Source: Candidatus Methylomirabilota bacterium (lineage in GTDB: Bacteria; Methylomirabilota; Methylomirabilia; Methylomirabilales; Methylomirabilaceae). Taken from it: a stretch of DNA of 64,000 nucleotides. The stretch spans positions 17,003 to 81,002 of the forward strand of contig JACQQF010000040.1 in assembly GCA_016207095.1 (NCBI GenBank). Direction: 5' to 3'. Below, one piece after another: positions 59,207-64,000 of this stretch. The notes under the pieces are model-generated. The model was not told the origin of the DNA. It did not search any database and saw only the letters and a list, made by a program, of their open reading frames with translations. The position numbers and the translations under genes are program-made. Numbering within the stretch: the first letter of the stretch is position 1; every line of letters starts with the position of its first letter.

Positions 59207-60529
59207 CTACGCCCGTTTCGCCCTTAAGACCAATCGGATGGGCGTCCCTACAAACCCATACGCTCCTCGCAGTTGGTTGACGAGATAGCGTCGGTACGAG
59301 GCCGGGACTTTCTGAGGGTCACTGACAACGAGCAGAAAGGTGGGTGGTGGCCCGGCTGCCTGCGTAGCGTAGCGAAAGCGGATCTCTCGGTTGCCACCTG
59401 ATGGGGGGGGATGTTTTCGAACAGCCTCCCCGATGAGCGTATTGATCTCGTGGGTCGGGACCCGGCGCGAACGCGATGTCGCGACGGCAGTGAGCAGAGA
59501 GAAAAGCGGAGTGACCCCGAAGCCGGTGAGGGCCGAGACGAATGCAATCGGCGCATAGTCCAGATGCCTCAGACGGTCACGGATCATCACGGTGAGGTGC
59601 TGGTGAGCCTCGGGCCCTCGTGGAGCCAGGTCCCACTTGTTGACCACGAGGATCGAACCGCACCCAGCCTTCTGGACGTAGGCGGCGATCTTGGCGTCCT
59701 GCTCCGTCACCCCATCCGGCCCATCAAGGACGATCAGCACCACATCACAACGTTCAATGGCCCGCAGCGTCCTGAGTGCACTGAATCCCTCCAATGGCCA
59801 TTGGACCTTCGCACGCGAGCGGAGACCCGCAGTGTCGATCAGAACGTAATTGGTGTCTTGGTAGGAGAATGGGGTGTCGATCACGTCCCTCGTGGTTCCC
59901 GGCTGCTCACTCACAATCACACGCTCCTGCCCGAGGATCCGGTTAACCAGCGATGATTTTCCCACGTTCGGACGACCCACGACAGCGACTCGAACAGCCG
60001 TTTCCTCAGTCTCGTCAACCCCGGATGGCAGCGCGTCGACGATGAGATCAGCCAGTTCCGCAACCCCCAGTCCGTGCTCGGCCGATACCGGAACGACCTC
60101 GGCAAACCCCAGGCGAGAGAACTCTGGCACCAGCAGATCCCCTTGGGCCGCCCGATCGACCTTGTTGGGCACGAGAACGATGGATGCCTTGGCAATCCGT
60201 CGGAGCAACCTGGCAATCTCCAGGTCCAGCGGCAACACGCCCTCGCGGGCATCCACCACGAACACGATCAAGGCGGCTTCCTGAACGGCGCGGCGAACCT
60301 GCGCGAGCACCATGGCGGGGAGGCCCGTCTTGGCGCCGGGCTCGAGCCCTCCGGTATCGGCAAGGATGAACGTGCGGCCTTTCCAGCGACCCGTGGCGTA
60401 GTGCCGGTCCCTCGTCACGCCCGGCTCATTATGGATGATCGCCTTCCGGCGCCCCACGAGCCGGTTAAAAAGGGTCGATTTCCCCACATTGGGGCGTCCA
60501 ACGATAGCCACCACGGGAATGGGCGTCAT
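59207..60529 (-). CDS. der: ribosome-associated GTPase Der (EngA)
   Basis: Two tandem GTPase domains (IVGRPNVGKSTLFN ... VVGRPNVGKSSLVN) and a KH-like C-terminus. I trimmed the start to ATG 60529. Confidence 0.9.
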   Translation of the reverse strand: MTPIPVVAIVGRPNVGKSTLFNRLVGRRKAIIHNEPGVTRDRHYATGRWKGRTFILADTGGLEPGAKTGLPAMVLAQVRRAVQEAALIVFVVDAREGVLPLDLEIARLLRRIAKASIVLVPNKVDRAAQGDLLVPEFSRLGFAEVVPVSAEHGLGVAELADLIVDALPSGVDETEETAVRVAVVGRPNVGKSSLVNRILGQERVIVSEQPGTTRDVIDTPFSYQDTNYVLIDTAGLRSRAKVQWPLEGFSALRTLRAIERCDVVLIVLDGPDGVTEQDAKIAAYVQKAGCGSILVVNKWDLAPRGPEAHQHLTVMIRDRLRHLDYAPIAFVSALTGFGVTPLFSLLTAVATSRSRRVPTHEINTLIGEAVRKHPPPSGGNREIRFRYATQAAGPPPTFLLVVSDPQKVPASYRRYLVNQLRGAYGFVGTPIRLVLRAKRA

Positions 60530-60594
60530 CGACGTGTTGCCTTCGTGTTCATGCCCCTGTCCCACGACACCCGATCTCTCCTGACGGTTTCACC

Positions 60595-60623
60595 TTGCAG
60601 AGTAAGGGATTCCCGCCTACACT
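60595..60623 (+). promoter_or_regulatory. sigma-70-type promoter candidate for the HMA gene
   Basis: TTGCAG (60595-600), N17, TACACT (60618-23), about 40 nt upstream of ATG 60665. Confidence 0.3.
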
Positions 60624-60664
60624 ACCATTATACTGCGAAGTCGACCTTTTCGAGCGCAAACGCG

Positions 60665-60973
60665 ATGAAGCCAAAAAATCTTCTTGTCAACCCGGCAGCA
60701 ACGATCCTCTCTGATCGCCCGCACGGGTCCTCAACGCGACGCCGACGGAAGATCCTCGACGTGAAGGGGATGCTTTGCGGCCTCTGAGCAGATCGGGTAA
60801 GAAGGGCCCTGGAGGGGCTCGAGGGAGCCACTGCGGCTCGCGTGGACCTGGATACCGGACGGGCTGTTGTTGACTACCGCGAAGGGACCCTGACCGATGC
60901 CAAGGCGATCAAGTCTATTCAGGACACGGTGGTGCTGCCACACCTGCGCCGCTGGCTATCACGTCTCCCCTGA
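60665..60973 (+). CDS. heavy-metal-associated (HMA) domain protein with an in-frame TGA at the second Cys of GMxCxxC; candidate selenoprotein, alternatively a nonsense pseudogene
   Basis: ATG 60665 ...RKILDVKGMLCGL, then TGA (60785-87), then ADRVRRALEGLEGATAARVDLDTGRAVVDYREGTLTDAKAIKSIQDTV..., then TGA (60971-73). The joined 102 codons fit the HMA beta-alpha-beta-beta-alpha-beta pattern. GC-rich hairpins begin 16 nt after the internal TGA. Confidence 0.5.
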
Positions 60974-60989
60974 ACAGCGAGGTCTTCTT

Positions 60990-61523
60990 TCAGCGACTGA
61001 GAAACCTTGCTCCCCGCAGAACATACTCGAGCCCGGATAGGATCGTGATGGCTGCCGTCACATACATCAGAGGCGCCAGGTAAGGCCCCACGCCGCCCAT
61101 CACGCGTTCGAGCATCGTCCCCAACACGGTTGCCAACTGTAGCCCGGTCGTGAGCTTGCCCATCTGCGAGACGGAGACAGTGCTCTTTCCGATTGCGATG
61201 TATAAGACCAGGAAACCGCCGATGAGGATCAGATCGCGGCTCACGACGATAATAAATAGCCAGCGCGGAATCCGGCGAAGGTAGACCAGGGGCATGAACG
61301 CGGCAAATAGCAGGAGCTTATCGGCCAGGGGGTCCAGGATCATCCCCAACTCGGTGCGCTCGGCTCTGGAACGGGCGAAGAACCCGTCCAGCGCGTCAGT
61401 GATGCCAGCCAACAGGAAGGTGGCCAAGGCCAGCCTCCAGAACCTGTAGACGAGCAGGATCGAGATGACGGGGGCCATCAGAATCCGCAGGATCGTGAGG
61501 CTATTGGCGAGGTTCACCATCAC
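60990..61523 (-). CDS. pgsA: CDP-alcohol phosphatidyltransferase (PgsA-like)
   Basis: 177 aa with the motif DALDGFFARSRAERTELGMILDPLADK (D-G-x2-A-R-x8-G-x3-D-x3-D) and multiple TM segments. Confidence 0.8.
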   Translation of the reverse strand: MMVNLANSLTILRILMAPVISILLVYRFWRLALATFLLAGITDALDGFFARSRAERTELGMILDPLADKLLLFAAFMPLVYLRRIPRWLFIIVVSRDLILIGGFLVLYIAIGKSTVSVSQMGKLTTGLQLATVLGTMLERVMGGVGPYLAPLMYVTAAITILSGLEYVLRGARFLSR

Positions 61524-61612
61524 GATGCCATTTCCGGGGTCGATCCCTCGGACCCCCGATCGTCGACAGCGCGTCCGTCATGATCGGGTCCCATGACTCC
61601 TCCTAACCGAAC

Positions 61613-62758
61613 CTATCCTCGGACGGTTAACCGTGGAGCCGGTGCAGGTTCCACTGTCCGGCCATCCGTCGAGACAAGCACGTCCCGCAGCAGATCTCGC
61701 AGCCGATCGAGGCCATACCCCGTACGGGCAGAAACGGCTATACGTGGCGTCGAATCTGCAACACGAGCGAACGCCCGCTCAGCCCCCCAGGGAAGCAGAT
61801 CCACCTTATTATACACCTCCGCGACCGGCTTCCCGGAGAGGCCAAGCTCCTCCAGGATCGCGTCAACTGTCAGTTTCTGCTCCATCATCTGGGGATGACT
61901 TGCGTCGATCAGATGCGCCAGGAGATCAGCCTCATGCAGCTCTTCGAGTGTCGCCTTGAATGCCGCCACCAACTGCGGAGGGAGTCGCCTGATGAACCCG
62001 ACCGTATCTGAGAGCAGAAACACGAAACCGTCGGCGTTGGTCACCCGTCGAAGGACCGGATCGAGGGTCACGAAGAGGGCGTTATCCGTGCGAACACCTG
62101 AGTGCGTCAAGGCGTTAAAGAGGGTCGATTTGCCGGCGTTGGTGTACCCGACGAGCGCCACGATCGGGATGGCGTGGCGCCGCCTTGGCCGCCTCAATAG
62201 CGCCCGATGACGGCGGAGCTTCTCCAGATCGCCGCGGATCCTGGCCATGCGTCGGCGGATGGTCCGACGGTCGGTTTCCAACTGGGTCTCGCCGGGGCCA
62301 CGCGTGCCGATGCCGCCCCCCAGCCGCGAGAGATCGACCCCCCGACCAACCAGGCGGGGGAGCAGATAATCGAGCTGGGCCAGTTCAACCTGCAACTTGC
62401 CTTCCCGGGTCTTCGCGCGCTGGGCAAAGATATCCAGGATCAACGAGGGGCGATCGACGGTCTTGCGCCCGGTCAGCTCTTCCAGGCTCCGCTGCTGCGA
62501 TCCTGACAACTCTTCGTCCACCAGCAACAGGTCGATCGCCTCGCGCCATCTCTCCTTGATCTCCTCCGCTTTGCCCTTGCCGATCAGATAGCGAGGGTCC
62601 GGTGAGTCCCGCTCCTGCAGAATCGTCGCAACGACTGTGGCACCGGCCGATTCCGCCAGACGACCGAGCTCGACCAGCGATTCCTCGGCCTCCCAGCGGG
62701 GGGTTCGTTTCCTGTGGAGCCCGACCAGCAGCGCGCGTTCTCGCCCTTCACTCATCAC
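61613..62758 (-). CDS. hflX: GTPase HflX
   Basis: 381 aa with an HflX N-domain (ALLVGL...YLIGKGKAEEI) and a G-domain (LVGYTNAGKSTLFNALT...DTVGF). Confidence 0.9.
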   Translation of the reverse strand: MMSEGRERALLVGLHRKRTPRWEAEESLVELGRLAESAGATVVATILQERDSPDPRYLIGKGKAEEIKERWREAIDLLLVDEELSGSQQRSLEELTGRKTVDRPSLILDIFAQRAKTREGKLQVELAQLDYLLPRLVGRGVDLSRLGGGIGTRGPGETQLETDRRTIRRRMARIRGDLEKLRRHRALLRRPRRRHAIPIVALVGYTNAGKSTLFNALTHSGVRTDNALFVTLDPVLRRVTNADGFVFLLSDTVGFIRRLPPQLVAAFKATLEELHEADLLAHLIDASHPQMMEQKLTVDAILEELGLSGKPVAEVYNKVDLLPWGAERAFARVADSTPRIAVSARTGYGLDRLRDLLRDVLVSTDGRTVEPAPAPRLTVRG

Positions 62759-63695
62759 TGCGTGTACGATTGCCCGCCCCCTTCACACGCCCCACGGCCT
62801 CTCGGACCGTCCGTGCCCTCGCGAACTGCCGATAGAGCCCCTCGCCGTCTTCCGCGCTGATCATCGACATCAACCGGCTGAGGGCGCTCTGGAACCGGCG
62901 AATCATTTCCAGGATCTGCTGACGGTTGGCAAGACAGATGTCACGCCACATGAGCGGATGGCTCATCGCCACCCGTGTGAAATCTTTCAGGCCGCCTGCC
63001 GCAAATTCATGCAGATCCTGCCCGTCCTCGGACAGATCGACGATGGTGCCCATCAGTGCGTAGGCGACGATGTGTGGCAGGTGGCTGACGGCAGCGAAGA
63101 TCTCGTCGTGCCGCTCAGGGCTCATCTCCAATACATCAGCTCCGATCGCAGTCCACAAGCCTCGGACGCGCTCCAGGGCAACAGGATCGGTTGTTGGGAT
63201 CGGCGTCAAGATGCACTTAGCCCCAACAAACAACTCGGCAGACGCCGCCATCGGTCCAGAGAGCTCCCGTCCTGCGATCGGGTGGCCCGGGACCGCCTTG
63301 CCGCCCGGCAGCAGTCGCTCCATCGTGGCTGCTATCGACCCCTTTACGCTCCCCACGTCGGTCACCACCGCGCCCGGCGGCAAATGCGCCGCGATCCCCT
63401 GGATCACCCTCGGGATCTCTCCAACAGGGATGGCGAGCACTACGAGGTCGGCCCCGTCGATGGCCGCCGCCGAATCTTCGAACGCCTCCCCCACGCACCC
63501 CAACGCTATCGCCTGCGCGCGGTGACCCGGATCGTGATCGGCCCCTCGAACCTCTTTTGCCAGGCGGCGGGCGCGACAGGCAAGCCCCACGCTGCCGCCG
63601 ATCAGGCCGAGGCCGATGATGGCAACACGTTGAAAGAGCGGGACGCCACGTGAGATGGCATCAATGGGCGACTCGGGTGTGGAGCGGAACGTCAC
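62748..63695 (-). CDS. tyrA: prephenate/arogenate dehydrogenase
   Basis: Rossmann motif [13 protein letters not shown]..., followed by ...VTDVGSVK and ...HPIAG.E. The track start at 63878 lies inside aroF. I use the in-frame GTG 63695..63693, which overlaps the aroF TGA (GTGA); no other start codon lies downstream of it. Confidence 0.8.
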   Translation of the reverse strand: MTFRSTPESPIDAISRGVPLFQRVAIIGLGLIGGSVGLACRARRLAKEVRGADHDPGHRAQAIALGCVGEAFEDSAAAIDGADLVVLAIPVGEIPRVIQGIAAHLPPGAVVTDVGSVKGSIAATMERLLPGGKAVPGHPIAGRELSGPMAASAELFVGAKCILTPIPTTDPVALERVRGLWTAIGADVLEMSPERHDEIFAAVSHLPHIVAYALMGTIVDLSEDGQDLHEFAAGGLKDFTRVAMSHPLMWRDICLANRQQILEMIRRFQSALSRLMSMISAEDGEGLYRQFARARTVREAVGRVKGAGNRTRSDE

Positions 63696-64000
63696 AGGGT
63701 GCGTCCCACGGCTGAAGCCAGTGTGCCGAGATCGTGCATGAGTTTCGTGAAGGTGCTCGGAAGAAGGGCTTGTGGCCCGTCTGAAAGGGCTTCCTCGGGG
63801 CGAGGATGGACCTCGACCATGATCCCGTCGGCGCCCGCGGCCACGGCGGCCAGGGCCATCGGCGGGACCAGGTCCCACTTGCCGGTCGCGTGGCTCGGGT
63901 CGACGATTACGGGTAGATGGGAGAGCTGCTTGATCAGAGGGACGACCGATAGGTCCAGGGTATTACGGGTCGCGTCCTCGAACGTCCTGATGCCGCGCTC
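63692..64000 (-). CDS. aroF: 3-deoxy-7-phosphoheptulonate (DAHP) synthase, type I-beta, C-terminal part (5' end outside the window)
   Basis: Not in the track. My translation of the - strand from 64000 gives [79 protein letters not shown]...GRTL*, that is 103 codons with a stop at TGA 63694..63692. Confidence 0.85.
   Translation of the reverse strand, partial: ERGIRTFEDATRNTLDLSVVPLIKQLSHLPVIVDPSHATGKWDLVPPMALAAVAAGADGIMVEVHPRPEEALSDGPQALLPSTFTKLMHDLGTLASAVGRTL

Noticed and set aside
60074-60787. 237-aa + strand track ORF.
   Set aside because: Its first ~150 codons are antisense to der and its next ~45 cross the der/HMA intergenic promoter region; all of that part looks like a shadow ORF. 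Only the part from ATG 60665 onward was kept, as the N-terminus of the HMA gene.

Overview
This is a high-GC (about 60%) bacterial chromosomal window that is roughly 90% coding. I saw no rRNA, tRNA or CRISPR array. Most of it is conserved housekeeping operons. On the - strand, 1-32.9 kb: a livH/livK fragment, thiE, aroQ-efp-accB-accC, aroC-aroK-aroB, a type IV pilus supercluster, a cyclic-nucleotide phosphodiesterase-like gene, a complete trpEGDCFBA operon and trxA. The pilus supercluster is two tandem 4-gene minor-pilin modules followed by pilMNOPQ. On the + strand, 33-42.8 kb: rnc-smc-ftsY and ribD-ribE-ribBA-ribH-nusB. On the - strand again, 42.9-64 kb: yceD-rpmF-plsX-fabH-fabD-fabG-acpP-fabF, ndk, sucCD, sdhCAB, a small lipoprotein, mdh, icd, der, a pgsA-like gene, hflX, tyrA and the end of aroF. 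Many track ORFs are over-extended at the N-terminus (alternative starts, high GC); I trimmed them where a Shine-Dalgarno (SD) sequence or family N-terminus supports it. The main things worth a second look are listed here. (1) A small + strand gene at 60665-60973 encodes a heavy-metal-associated (HMA) domain whose GMxCxxC motif reads GMLCGL-TGA, with the frame staying open and HMA-like for 62 more codons. It is a candidate CxxU selenoprotein, or alternatively a fresh pseudogene. (2) A family of ~105-bp elements with terminal inverted repeats (TIRs) has three copies, one nested in another. They sit in a lower-GC 2.2-kb island that interrupts pilQ-aro synteny, and they supply the TAG stops of two genes. 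(3) Two 281-bp repeats inside pilQ (AMIN domains) are 97% identical. (4) Two paralogous minor-pilin modules lack pilY1/pilE, and each has a sigma-54-type promoter. (5) Three non-coding stretches are unexplained: a 300-nt gap inside the rib operon with weak FMN-riboswitch-like words, a 600-bp AT-richer der-icd spacer, and short repeat arrays in the TCA-cycle gene spacers. No claim here rests on database searches; all were made by eye from the sequence.
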